Virus record (IMG/VR): IMGVR_UViG_2061766007_000262
Source of the DNA: an uncultured virus (IMG/VR IMGVR_UViG_2061766007_000262)
Lineage: Duplodnaviria > Heunggongvirae > Uroviricota > Caudoviricetes
DNA length: 47,505 nucleotides
Strand: one strand, 5' to 3'
In this document: one piece after another, positions 36,101-46,006 of the stretch
Position numbering within the stretch: the first letter of the stretch is position 1
How the letters are laid out: the number at the start of each line of letters is the position of its first letter
The notes under the pieces: model-generated
The model's input: only the letters and a program-made list of their open reading frames with translations
Told to the model about the DNA's origin: nothing
Database searches by the model: none
Program-made: the position numbers and the translations under genes

Positions 36101-37699
36101 TTACCAAAATCTTTGTCTAATTTCAACTACATTTGAGCCAAAACTTGATATAAAATCAACTAACATAGCCATAGCGTCTGGAACGTCGTCGTGTTTGTTT
36201 CTTGCTTTCATTGAATAACTACATAAAAAGTTAAGTGCCATTTTATATTCTTTACTTGCTACGCTATTATCTTTGAATAAAAAATGATCTTTAACAAATG
36301 TAGATGACATTATTATTTTGGTTTCTTTGTTTGCGGTTGTATATTTTGTAGTTATTTTGGTTAGTCCATTTTCTTTTTTCACTCTTTCTTGGACTAATTG
36401 TGCTACTCTACCACCAGCACTATTTGATTCAAACCTACACAACTCTACTTTATGCTTTAACAACATCTCAACAAGTCTGTCATCAATAATCTCTGGTTTT
36501 GAATCATCACATAAAATATCATCTATGTAATAATCTTCCCCATATCTATATGCAATAGGCAACACGCAATAGTCAGTCCCTTTATCTTTGGTATCACATA
36601 CTGCAATTATTGAATCTGGATCTTGGCTTGGTAAGTCAAAAAATCTTCTTAACTCTTTTTCTTCATACAACAAGCCCTCTCTTTCTATTGGCTCGTTCAT
36701 ATATAGGGCTTTCCAGCTTACGTCGTCCATAATCTCTCTTTGAGTAATGTAAAACTTTGTTGAAAAACCGTCCACAAGTTTATAGTCAAAATTAGATTCA
36801 TCTTTTTCATTTAATGCTGGAATCTTAATGAATCTTGCTTTGTCATCATCTTTGTATGCTTGTTCTAATCTACCTATAACATCATTTACCGACCAACGTG
36901 TTGCAATATGTAACTCTTTACAATTTCCTATCTTTCTTTGGCGTAAGTCTGTTGTGTATTGTTCCCATAACTTATCAAGTCTTGTTTTAGACAAAGCTGT
37001 TTCTATTCCGTCCACCAGGTCATCACAATAAAGTAACTTGCTACATCTTACCTTACCAGCGTTGCCACTACCTATTGATGAAAACTCTAATGTTTCAAAT
37101 CGTCTTGCTTCGCCTAAATCTATACGCAAGTTGTCGCCATTTTTACTCACAAATGTAACATTAGGAAAAACCTCTTTGAAATTGTATTCATCACTTGTTA
37201 TAAGTCTTAAACACTCTCTATATACACCCTCTAAAAATGAATTACTATGAGATCCACCTAAAATACTTTGATTAGGGTATTTGCCAGATAGCCAAGTAAG
37301 ATAATATATCGCAATAGTTGTCTTTCCCACGCCCGGAGGCATTGAAACGGTAAGCAAATCAAGTTTATCATCTTCCAAGTCTTGTAATGCGTTTACAACA
37401 ACCATTAATTCTTTTCTTCTTGGTAAATAAAATCTATCTTTTATAGGTTTATTCCACTCTAATATAATTGCGTAGTCATCAAAATACTCTTGTGCTGTTA
37501 AAAGGTATGATTTTCTTAAATATTTAGTTGCTTCTTTGGGGTTATCATTTATCTTATTTTTTAAGTTGTTCCTAAACTTAACAACCACCCCATAAGCTTT
37601 CTTACCCTCATTTTTATATATGTTAGATACGCACATATACGCCTTATCAAACATATTATTATTCATAAATGTTTCTAATGCTTGTCTTAATGTTGCCAT
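36101..37699 (-). CDS. terL: Terminase large subunit
   Basis: MPPGVGKT Walker A, LLYCDD Walker B, ATRW, HDDVPDA nuclease motif. Confidence 0.95.
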   Translation of the reverse strand: MATLRQALETFMNNNMFDKAYMCVSNIYKNEGKKAYGVVVKFRNNLKNKINDNPKEATKYLRKSYLLTAQEYFDDYAIILEWNKPIKDRFYLPRRKELMVVVNALQDLEDDKLDLLTVSMPPGVGKTTIAIYYLTWLSGKYPNQSILGGSHSNSFLEGVYRECLRLITSDEYNFKEVFPNVTFVSKNGDNLRIDLGEARRFETLEFSSIGSGNAGKVRCSKLLYCDDLVDGIETALSKTRLDKLWEQYTTDLRQRKIGNCKELHIATRWSVNDVIGRLEQAYKDDDKARFIKIPALNEKDESNFDYKLVDGFSTKFYITQREIMDDVSWKALYMNEPIEREGLLYEEKELRRFFDLPSQDPDSIIAVCDTKDKGTDYCVLPIAYRYGEDYYIDDILCDDSKPEIIDDRLVEMLLKHKVELCRFESNSAGGRVAQLVQERVKKENGLTKITTKYTTANKETKIIMSSTFVKDHFLFKDNSVASKEYKMALNFLCSYSMKARNKHDDVPDAMAMLVDFISSFGSNVVEIRQRFW

Positions 37700-37700
37700 A

Positions 37701-38153
37701 CTAACCCCTTAAAATGAACTCATAAGAGTTTAATTTATTATTATAGAATATATTTGTTTTATATTTATTTGCCACAACTTTACTTTTCATATCAGTTGAA
37801 AGCCATTTTGCTTTGGTTGAGAAAAAGTTAAATGCTTCATAGTTAGGTTTAGGACAAAAACCATACACAATTTTCTCTTTGAAAGCTGAAAGGATCATAT
37901 CTATTGTATTACTTGCTACACGCATACGCCTAAACATTGGGAATACATATAAAAGCAATACACATAATTCATCTCTTGATTTCTTTTCTAATACTAAATA
38001 GCCCAATGGAACATTTGGGTCAGTTTTATATATGACTAATATATGAGCCGTAATGTAATCGCCATAAATTATTGGTGGAAAGTTATTACTATGCTCTCTT
38101 ATGGTCTTACTAAATAAACTATATTCATCTTTCGCTATAAATCTATATTTCAT
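37701..38153 (-). CDS. GNAT-fold acetyltransferase
   Basis: LYVFPMFRRMRVA (motif A-like) and N..A..FF. Confidence 0.65.
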   Translation of the reverse strand: MKYRFIAKDEYSLFSKTIREHSNNFPPIIYGDYITAHILVIYKTDPNVPLGYLVLEKKSRDELCVLLLYVFPMFRRMRVASNTIDMILSAFKEKIVYGFCPKPNYEAFNFFSTKAKWLSTDMKSKVVANKYKTNIFYNNKLNSYEFILRG

Positions 38154-38167
38154 ACCTACCCCTACTT

Positions 38168-38219
38168 AAATAAAAATAGGGCATACATATACATACGCAT
38201 ATATACACCCTACTTTGTG
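38168..38219 (-). terminator. Terminator after the resolvase, preceded by CACAAAGTAGGGTGT
   Basis: TAGGGTGTATATAT...ATATGTATGCCCTA plus TTTTTATTT. Confidence 0.7.
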
Positions 38220-38253
38220 CCTTATTTTTACAATTTTGATACAAATTGTTTCA

Positions 38254-38865
38254 TTATTTCTTAAAATTGCCTATATTTTGCTTTCTTAAATCTGTTGTAA
38301 TGTTATTAACTTGCTTATACTTTCTTAATCTTACGCTGAAATTAGAAGCGGTGCAACCAAACGACTTTATAGCTTCATCTCTTGTTATGTTTCCGTCCAA
38401 GTAATCTTTCATAATGGAATCTTCCTCGCCAGTATTATACTTTTCTGGACGCCCATAAGGTTTACCCCTTTCAAGTGCAGACTTTATTCCCTCTTTCTGC
38501 CTTTCTTTAATAAGGTTTCTCTCAAACTCTGCCATAGCACTAAATATCGCAAATGTGAACTTACCCATTGATGAATCATCTGTTAATGATATATTTTCTT
38601 TTAATGATTTCAAATCTACTTTCTTATTTCTTAATAAATCACATATTTGATATAGGTCTATCATTGATCTACCTAATCTTGATAATTCAGTAATGTAAAT
38701 GGTATCGCCCTCTTTAACGAACTCTAACATCTCTTTGAGTTTAGGGCGGTTAATGTCTTTACCGCTTATTTTTTCTTCATAAATCTTATCGCAAAATGAT
38801 AATGAATCTACTTGCCTATCTGTGTGTTGTTCTACTGTTGATACCCTAATGTAACCAATATTCAT
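38254..38865 (-). CDS. Small serine recombinase (resolvase/invertase)
   Basis: GYIRVST, SRLGRS, AEFER..IKERQ.EG, GRP, C-terminal HTH. Confidence 0.95.
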   Translation of the reverse strand: MNIGYIRVSTVEQHTDRQVDSLSFCDKIYEEKISGKDINRPKLKEMLEFVKEGDTIYITELSRLGRSMIDLYQICDLLRNKKVDLKSLKENISLTDDSSMGKFTFAIFSAMAEFERNLIKERQKEGIKSALERGKPYGRPEKYNTGEEDSIMKDYLDGNITRDEAIKSFGCTASNFSVRLRKYKQVNNITTDLRKQNIGNFKK

Positions 38866-39729
38866 AATTAACCTCTCATATTATAATTTGTATATTGTAA
38901 TTATAATATATTAATTGTAATTTGTAAATAGTCTTTTTGTAATATTTTTTAGGAAAGGGGGGTNNNNNNNNNNAACCACTATAAAACAGATCTATAAATC
39001 ATTAAATTATAAAAATGTTTACTTTTCTTATAATTACTATATAAATTATTTATTTTTGATTCTTTTTATATAGCTATATATATTTTATTTAATAATATAA
39101 AATGGATCTTATAAATTNNNNNNNNNNNNNNNNNNNNNNNNNNNNNNNNNNNNNNNNNNNNNNNNNNNNNNNNNNNNNNNNNNNNNNNNNNNNNNNNNNN
39201 NNNNNNNNNNNNNNNNNNNNNNNNNNNNNNNNNNNNNNNNNNNNNNNNNNNNNNNNNNNNNNNNNNNNNNNNNNNNNNNNNNNNNNNNNNNNNNNNNNNN
39301 NNNNNNNNNNNNNNNNNNNNNNNNNNNNNNNNNNNNNNNNNNNNNNNNNNNNNNNNNNNNNNNNNNNNNNNNNNNNNNNNNNNNNNNNNNNNNNNNNNNN
39401 NNNNNNNNNNNNNNNNNNNNNNNNNNNNNNNNNNNNNNNNNNNNNNNNNNNNNNNNNNNNNNNNNNNNNNNNNNNNNNNNNNNNNNNNNNNNNNNNNNNN
39501 NNNNNNNNNNNNNNNNNNNNNNNNNNNNGCATTTGCTGACCGTTTACAGCTTTAACAATGAAAACTTAAAAAGAATATAAACGGGCGACGCTACAACGTG
39601 CCGAGGGGTTGAGATCCCCCAAATATTGAAAAGTTAAATTATTAACTAAAAATAATTATTTTAAATGAGTTTATAAAAATATCTTTATAGATTCATTTAA
39701 AACAAAAAAATAAAAGAGAGGTTAAAAAA

Positions 39730-40566
39730 ATGACAGATTTAAAGACAGTAACAATGACACAACAAGACATTAACACAGCTTTAACAATGCTTAAAAAGAT
39801 TATTAAAGCGGGCTATATTGAAATAGCGACAGAATCAAGTCAAGATCTTAACGCTAACTGCTACATATCAAGCGGGGACGTTGAGGGGGTTTATTTTCCT
39901 AATACTATATTAAAAGAAACAGCAACCAGCTTAAAAAAACACCCAAGCTATAATATTTTAGCACTTGCAAAAAATGAGGCGGGGGCGCTGGGGGTTGTCT
40001 ATGCTTTAAAAGATGATATAAAGCAAGAATTAAAAAGATTTTATAATAACATTTATATTTTTGAAACATTAGACAATTTATATTATACATATTATGAAAA
40101 AGAGGCATTAAGCAAGCTAAATAATAATATTAAAGAATTAGAAAAAGAAAATTATTTCTTATCAATGATTAAATATCAATGCAAAAAAGACGGGGGCGAC
40201 TTTTCACAACTTGAAAAGAATATAAAACCAGATCCAGCAAATAATATAAACGTTAAAGCAGTAAAAGAGAGCGACACAAAATTAACTATTTATTTTAGTG
40301 AATCAAAAACAACTAAAAACGGCGATAAATACAACAATTATTATAATACTACTTTATACAACTACAACGGGGCATTTAATAGCGTTGAGGGGTTAAAAAA
40401 AGAAATTATAAAAACGGTTGAAGCTAATCAGTATTATATCAATAGATATAAAAACGACATTAAAAATATTAAAAATATATTTAAAATTGTAAGCATTTAT
40501 AAAAAACATATAGGCGAGATCACAAGCACAACAGAACAAGAACTTATAAAAGCTTTACAGTATTAA
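39730..40566 (+). CDS. Hypothetical early protein
   Basis: 278 aa, GAGAGG RBS. Confidence 0.8.
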   Translation: MTDLKTVTMTQQDINTALTMLKKIIKAGYIEIATESSQDLNANCYISSGDVEGVYFPNTILKETATSLKKHPSYNILALAKNEAGALGVVYALKDDIKQELKRFYNNIYIFETLDNLYYTYYEKEALSKLNNNIKELEKENYFLSMIKYQCKKDGGDFSQLEKNIKPDPANNINVKAVKESDTKLTIYFSESKTTKNGDKYNNYYNTTLYNYNGAFNSVEGLKKEIIKTVEANQYYINRYKNDIKNIKNIFKIVSIYKKHIGEITSTTEQELIKALQY

Positions 40567-40580
40567 AAGGGGGCTAAAAA

Positions 40581-40856
40581 ATGGAAATTAAAACAAGATA
40601 CAATAATAACAACATTATTTTAAAAGATGATAAAGGCATATTATATTTATTTAGCTATAATTCTAAAATAGCGGAATACGACACAAAAAAAGATATATTA
40701 ACACTTTTTAAAGACTGGAATTATAGCAACACAACATTAAAATATCTTTATAGATTCATCAATTTTTATTATTATGATTTAACAGATATAAACAATAAAA
40801 AAGCATTAATTAATAAAATGATAGAACAGAAAAAGATCAAATATAAAGAGGTTTAA
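40581..40856 (+). CDS. Early phage protein (SYNSKIA...YSNTT family)
   Basis: Motif recurrent in phage early regions; function unknown. Confidence 0.75.
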   Translation: MEIKTRYNNNNIILKDDKGILYLFSYNSKIAEYDTKKDILTLFKDWNYSNTTLKYLYRFINFYYYDLTDINNKKALINKMIEQKKIKYKEV

Positions 40857-40859
40857 AAA

Positions 40860-41072
40860 ATGACTAAATTAAATTATAACAGCTTAATAAAATTATTTAA
40901 TAATGAATCACACTATTTTTATATAACATTAGTAAACAAATATAATTATCAAATTAAACAAGTAAAAATCAATAAAGATGATAAAACAATTAAAACGGGG
41001 GCGTTTTCATTTAATGAAAATATAACAACCCGCCCAGCATTAAACAATTTTATAAACTTTTTAAAATTAATT
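40860..41072 (+). CDS. Hypothetical protein, end lost in the gap
   Basis: AGAGG RBS; ORF runs into Ns. Confidence 0.6.
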
Positions 41073-41096
41073 NNNNNNNNNNNNNNNNNNNAACAG

Positions 41097-41171
41097 ATGA
41101 AAAAATCAAGAATTAAAAAATGGACTAAAAGAGATCTAAAAAGATTATATAATTATCTTATGAGATCTTAA
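41097..41171 (+). CDS. 24-aa micropeptide MKKSRIKKWTKRDLKRLYNYLMRS
   Basis: Homologous to 4611..4682. Confidence 0.55.
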   Translation: MKKSRIKKWTKRDLKRLYNYLMRS

Positions 41172-41183
41172 AAAACATTATTA

Positions 41184-41224
41184 TTATATAATCGCATTTA
41201 ATATAATTAAATGCGATTATATAA
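41184..41224. repeat. 19-bp perfect inverted repeat with a 3-nt loop
   Basis: TTATATAATCGCATTTAAT-ATA-ATTAAATGCGATTATATAA. Confidence 0.9.
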
Positions 41225-41250
41225 AGCTTTTATTTTTTTGATTAAATTAT

Positions 41251-41300
41251 AAGCGATTCACAAGCGATTTTATAAAAGCGATCAAGCGATTAAGCGATTA
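41251..41300 (+). repeat. Cluster of five AAGCGAT direct repeats
   Basis: At about 41251, 41262, 41276, 41284 and 41292. Confidence 0.9.
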
Positions 41301-41316
41301 AAAGAGAGGTTAAAAG

Positions 41317-41565
41317 ATGAGTAAAGATAGACAACAATTTTTAAAGGAATTAAAAAACGATATTGAAACATTAACACCATATAAAAGCGGTTATTCAATG
41401 AGCGATATTTTAGCGATTAAATACGCTTTTAACGATTTAGTAAATAATCTAAAAGCTGATAGCATTTATAATGCTGTTAAGCGATTTTACAGCAAGAAAA
41501 AATATAGTAATAACATAATCGTAATTAATAACCCATTTAATAATGGTTATAGAGTTATGTTTTAG
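41317..41565 (+). CDS. Hypothetical protein, homolog of 4349..4597
   Basis: Motif similarity, RBS. Confidence 0.7.
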   Translation: MSKDRQQFLKELKNDIETLTPYKSGYSMSDILAIKYAFNDLVNNLKADSIYNAVKRFYSKKKYSNNIIVINNPFNNGYRVMF

Positions 41566-41574
41566 GGGGTTTAT

Positions 41575-41988
41575 ATGTATTTAGCTAAAACGATATACAA
41601 CGATTATTTATCAAAAGATGATACAACGATTTACAGATCAACAGCTAAAAGATTTTACACAAAAAAAGAGTTATATTCTTATGCTTATAAGATTTTCAAA
41701 TTACACAAAAACGAGATCATACCAGAAAAGATCATAGATGATGAAAACGACAAGCGATTTATTAAAGCTTTTAGAGATGTAAGCGATTTATTACACAAAC
41801 ACCCAGAGAGCTATGTATTAGATTACGACGATTACAGGGGCGTTATTCACTTACAATTAAGTTATGAGTTAGTAAGCGAATTAAGAAAAATTGAAAATTA
41901 TAAATTGATTATTGAGGGTTATACTTACGATCTACCAAATGATGAAATGTATTTTTATTATAGTGATGAAGCGATAAAAACGATTTAA
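41575..41988 (+). CDS. Hypothetical protein
   Basis: 137 aa, GGGGG RBS. Confidence 0.75.
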   Translation: MYLAKTIYNDYLSKDDTTIYRSTAKRFYTKKELYSYAYKIFKLHKNEIIPEKIIDDENDKRFIKAFRDVSDLLHKHPESYVLDYDDYRGVIHLQLSYELVSELRKIENYKLIIEGYTYDLPNDEMYFYYSDEAIKTI

Positions 41989-42011
41989 AGAGATATTTGA
42001 GAGGTTAAGAG

Positions 42012-42281
42012 ATGAAAACAACACGAGAGATTTTAAGCGATTTTACAGACGAGTTATTTGATACAATGTTAAATACAGATTATAAGCATTTAGATACAGA
42101 ATTGTTTATTGATTCGTTAGATTTTCCTAACGAGGTGGACGCCAAAAAAGGTTTAATAAACGTTAATTACAATGGTTATTTATTTACTATTAAAGTAATG
42201 TTTAATGATGAGGCAATTAAAAATAAATTAGATGAATTAAAAAGTGAAAATATTGAGTTTTTAGTTTTAGATGAGGAATAG
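42012..42281 (+). CDS. Small acidic protein
   Basis: 89 aa, D/E-rich. Confidence 0.75.
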   Translation: MKTTREILSDFTDELFDTMLNTDYKHLDTELFIDSLDFPNEVDAKKGLINVNYNGYLFTIKVMFNDEAIKNKLDELKSENIEFLVLDEE

Positions 42282-42283
42282 AG

Positions 42284-42415
42284 ATGAGATTTACGGTTTA
42301 TTGGTCTTATTCTGTTGATGATAATATTTATAGAATCACACAACATTTAACAGGGCGACAAGTCGCATATTATAAAAAGAATTATTATGTTTATAGGGTA
42401 GTGAGAGAGAGGTAA
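42284..42415 (+). CDS. 43-aa hypothetical protein (MRFTVYWSYS...)
   Basis: Own translation; fills the gap between two genes, GAGG RBS. Confidence 0.55.
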   Translation: MRFTVYWSYSVDDNIYRITQHLTGRQVAYYKKNYYVYRVVRER

Positions 42416-42419
42416 AAAG

Positions 42420-42737
42420 ATGAGAGATAGAGATATGTTAAGAGATAAACACAATATAAGAGATAACGGCGATAGCTGGATCGTTGATGAAAAGTATGAA
42501 ATTACAAAAGACGGGTGGTGTTTTGGAACAATTTATTATTATAGTGATTATACAGGCAGACGCTATAAAGATTTCCCTCAATGGTTATTTGATTTGAAAT
42601 ATGAATTAATTAATAGTCATATAGGCATATTAGATATATTAGATTATTTATTATCGCATAACAAAAATTATACAATGAAACAATATAATAAATTGCTTGA
42701 ATTAAGAGATATATTTATTAAAGATTATATGAAATAG
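42420..42737 (+). CDS. Hypothetical protein
   Basis: 105 aa, RBS. Confidence 0.7.
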   Translation: MRDRDMLRDKHNIRDNGDSWIVDEKYEITKDGWCFGTIYYYSDYTGRRYKDFPQWLFDLKYELINSHIGILDILDYLLSHNKNYTMKQYNKLLELRDIFIKDYMK

Positions 42738-42750
42738 TGAGGTATAGAAA

Positions 42751-43053
42751 ATGAAAAGAAATTGTGTATATAATTATATTAGCAACAATTATAATAAAAA
42801 TATTAGTGATGAAATTAAAGATAAAGATGTATTAATTTTCATAAAATATGATAAAGGCAACAGCACACAAAATTATATATTAAAGAATAACGGACATAGC
42901 TGTTTCTCTACTCATTATGTTAAGTTTAATAACAATGGTTATGAAATAGGCGATATAATAAAAGATAATTTACTATTGTCTATTATATGGGAAAAAACTA
43001 ATGTTAAACAAACATATCAAAACGGGCATATTGGTTTAATTTGTGAGGTGTAA
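42751..43053 (+). CDS. Hypothetical protein
   Basis: 100 aa, GAGG RBS. Confidence 0.7.
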   Translation: MKRNCVYNYISNNYNKNISDEIKDKDVLIFIKYDKGNSTQNYILKNNGHSCFSTHYVKFNNNGYEIGDIIKDNLLLSIIWEKTNVKQTYQNGHIGLICEV

Positions 43054-43894
43054 AATGAGTGTTATTGAATCATTAATAACGGTTGATGATGATTTTAAAA
43101 AGATCTTATCTTGTATTATTACTGAAAAGCTTATGTCTTTTATAGGGCGAGATAAGAATTATAATGCTATTATACCGATCCGTTTTAACGAATCGCCTCA
43201 TATATTAATAGCTGGTGCGACAGGTAGCGGTAAATCTGTCGCACTTAACACCGTTATTTGTAGCTTATTAGTTCAAAATAAAAATAGTGATATTAGATTT
43301 TTAATGATAGATACGAAAAGAGTTGAATTATCGTATTATAGTGGACTACCAGAATTAATATTACCTATTGCAAAAACATATAAAGACGCTATTTATTGTC
43401 TTAAAGTAGCAATTAAAAATATGGACGATAGATATAAACTATTAGAGAAAAAGGGCTTAAAAAATATTCACGAATTAAAAGATGATAAGATCGCACACCC
43501 CGATATATTTGTTGTTATTGATGAGTTAGCTGATTTAGTTTATAGTGATAAAAAAGAGATAGAGCCATTATTAATTAAAATTGCAACGCTTGGTCGTGCT
43601 TGCGGTATTCATTTAATAGTTGCAACACAACGCCCGACGGTTGATGTTGTATGCGGTCAATTAAAAGCTAACATAGACACAAGACTTGCGTTAAGAGTTG
43701 CAAGTATAAGAGATTCAATAAACATTATTGATAGAAAAGGTGCAGAAGAATTAAAAGGTGCTGGGGACGGACTACTCAAAATACCGACACAGGCAAACGA
43801 GATACCGATTCAAGTTGCTTATATTAGTGATAAAAACATTAAGGGGATCGTAGAATATAAGAAAAGAGGTTATTATTATTACAAAATAAAATAA
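43043..43894 (+). CDS. FtsK/SpoIIIE-like ATPase, motor domain only (likely start 43055)
   Basis: PHILIAGATGSGKS, VVIDELADL, GRACGIHLIVATQRP, GAEEL.G.GD. Confidence 0.92.
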   Translation: MRCKMSVIESLITVDDDFKKILSCIITEKLMSFIGRDKNYNAIIPIRFNESPHILIAGATGSGKSVALNTVICSLLVQNKNSDIRFLMIDTKRVELSYYSGLPELILPIAKTYKDAIYCLKVAIKNMDDRYKLLEKKGLKNIHELKDDKIAHPDIFVVIDELADLVYSDKKEIEPLLIKIATLGRACGIHLIVATQRPTVDVVCGQLKANIDTRLALRVASIRDSINIIDRKGAEELKGAGDGLLKIPTQANEIPIQVAYISDKNIKGIVEYKKRGYYYYKIK

Positions 43895-43919
43895 GGGCTT
43901 TCAAGCCCTTTTTTATTTT
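43893..43919. terminator. Terminator closing the early cluster
   Basis: AAGGGCTT-TC-AAGCCCTT plus T-tract. Confidence 0.85.
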
Positions 43920-44057
43920 GCGATTATATTTTTATCATTTCAACACAAAAAATCTCTTATAGGGCGATTTTATAAGCGATAAAAAGAAAACAAGCGATTT
44001 TACTCACTTGCTTTCCCACGATTTTATACGATTAACTATTTTCTTATAAGCGATTAA

Positions 44058-44922
44058 TTACGCTTTTTTATTTGTCTTTTCTTTTTCTTCTGCTTCTTGT
44101 GTTAATAATTGTTGTCTTTGATTAATGTAATTGATGATTTCTCTAAATGCGTTTTCTTGTGCTTCAAGTTTAATATACTCAATAGCATTAACGATTTTAG
44201 ATTTATCATTTTCCATTTTTTCAATAGCATTATTTAACACAGCTTTTAATGTTTCTAATTCACTCATCTTTCTTTTCCTTTTCTAATTCATTTATTTTAG
44301 TTTTATATTTTTCATAGAGTAATAAATCGTGTTCTATTTGGTCTAACTTTCCTACTTTGTGATTAGGCATTTCAACACAAGCGATTTCAACGCCCATTTT
44401 TTCATTAATAATTAATCGTAATTTCTTAAAAATATCTATGCTTTTCATTATGATTCCTCATCATCATCATTAGAGTTGTAATCGTGTTCTTCCTTAAACA
44501 ACTCATTTTCATAGCTTCTCACAGCCCATTTGATTAAATCTTTTTCATCTTTGGTAAGCCCTTTTAATGAGGGCAATTTTTCATATATAGATTTAATCTG
44601 TTCTCTTAATGGAACATACTCTTTACTCATTTGCAAACCTCTTTAATTCAGTTAGCATTTGGTTTAATTGATTAAGCGATTCAAAAGTTAATGTTAAAGC
44701 AATATCTGTATCTAAATGTAGATATGGCTCTTTTGCAACGCCATTTTCAATATCTAATTGTATTTGCATTGAATCTTCATCAAGCGATAAATCGCTCTCA
44801 TCAATGTTGCTTTTGAAAACAATTATGTATGATGTTGTTTCATCATCACTCTTTTTGATAAAAGCATAATCAAGTTCTAATCTTTTTGCAAAACTAATAA
44901 TTAATTCAAATAAGTTATTCAT
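44058..44922 (-). CDS. Four small hypothetical genes (44058-44267, 44260-44448, 44448-44636, 44623-44922)
   Basis: Overlapping, operon-style ORFs. Confidence 0.65.
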
Positions 44923-45389
44923 TTCTTTACCTTAAAACCAAATGGAACTTTACCATTTACTATTTTTTTCCAATGTTTAATTACTTTTTTATGTGCGTCT
45001 GGGTTTTCGGCTATTTTTTTATTTGCTTCGCTTTGTATAGATTCCCAAATGTCTTTTTCAATAACTTTATCAAAGCGTTCTTTTTTTTGAGGGAAAAGCA
45101 TATCATCATAATTGATAAGTTTTAATGCTGTATTGCTACTAACAACAGTATATTCTTTAATCATTTCCCAACCAATAAAACCAGCTTGAAAACCAGTTAT
45201 ACCGCCAATTTCACTATTGTTTATATAATTCATAGTTGCTTTCATACAACCACAAATTGCATAAACAATTTTCCCATAACATAAATCTTTGCTTTCAATT
45301 ACCTCACTTAATAATTCGTCTAAATCTTTCTTTGTTTTTACATTTTTTGCTTTTTCATAAATATAGTTTTTATATTCTTGTTCTGTCAT
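44919..45389 (-). CDS. Conserved-looking phage hypothetical protein (GGITGFQAG...GKVPFG)
   Basis: 156 aa ORF. Confidence 0.75.
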   Translation of the reverse strand: MTEQEYKNYIYEKAKNVKTKKDLDELLSEVIESKDLCYGKIVYAICGCMKATMNYINNSEIGGITGFQAGFIGWEMIKEYTVVSSNTALKLINYDDMLFPQKKERFDKVIEKDIWESIQSEANKKIAENPDAHKKVIKHWKKIVNGKVPFGFKVKK

Positions 45390-45666
45390 TTTCTAACACC
45401 TCTTTTAATAATTCATATTCTTCCATAGACCACAATAATTCATAGTTTTCATTTGACTTAAATGATAAGAACGGGAAACCTTTTTCATCTTTTCCTGCCT
45501 CTACTTTCAAATATTTTTTCAATATTTCTAACACTTTTGATTCTTTTTCAATTATATTTTTATATTCTAAAAAACTATATATCTCATCTTGTGTCATACT
45601 ACCATATTTAATGGTTAGATCAATTTTATATATCGCTTCTTTGCCTGTCATAATTTCTGTAATCAA
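45370..45666 (-). CDS. MTSKE/KDLEVLEILK/KEWLEN family paralog
   Basis: MTGKEA...KESKVLEILK...LKEVLENDR. Confidence 0.7.
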   Translation of the reverse strand: MITEIMTGKEAIYKIDLTIKYGSMTQDEIYSFLEYKNIIEKESKVLEILKKYLKVEAGKDEKGFPFLSFKSNENYELLWSMEEYELLKEVLENDRTRI

Positions 45667-45835
45667 TTCCTCGCTTTTTTAATTCATCAACGACTGGTTG
45701 TCCCTCATAGTCCCAGAAAGCCCCCTCGCTTCCGTCATCACTTGACGACCACCACAAATACATATCACATACATATTTGTATTTTTTAAGTAGTTCTTCA
45801 TCAGTCAATTTTTCTAATTCTTCTCTATAAGTCAT
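45626..45835 (-). CDS. Hypothetical protein
   Basis: 69 aa. Confidence 0.6.
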   Translation of the reverse strand: MTYREELEKLTDEELLKKYKYVCDMYLWWSSSDDGSEGAFWDYEGQPVVDELKKRGIDYRNYDRQRSDI

Positions 45836-45838
45836 TTT

Positions 45839-46006
45839 CTATTCCTCGTTATTTTGTTTTTCATAATGTTTTAATATTGAATATAGTTTTAGCCAGCAAC
45901 AATTCAAAGGTTTGCTATCGCATTTTTCTAATTCATAAAATGTGCAGTTATCACAACCATCCATTAAAAGTTCGCTTGCTATTTCCATCATTTCATCGCT
46001 TGTCAT
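45839..46006 (-). CDS. 55-aa Cys-rich protein (MTSDEMM...CDNC...)
   Basis: Own translation, AGGAG RBS. Confidence 0.55.
   Translation of the reverse strand: MTSDEMMEIASELLMDGCDNCTFYELEKCDSKPLNCCWLKLYSILKHYEKQNNEE

Noticed and set aside
39089..39539. ORFs made of X residues
   Set aside because: They are only N-gap sequence.
39595..39625. tRNA gene
   Set aside because: Only a T-arm-like hairpin; no D-arm or anticodon arm could be built.
40860..41171. Single 103-aa ORF
   Set aside because: Crosses a gap; the distal part matches a separate micropeptide.
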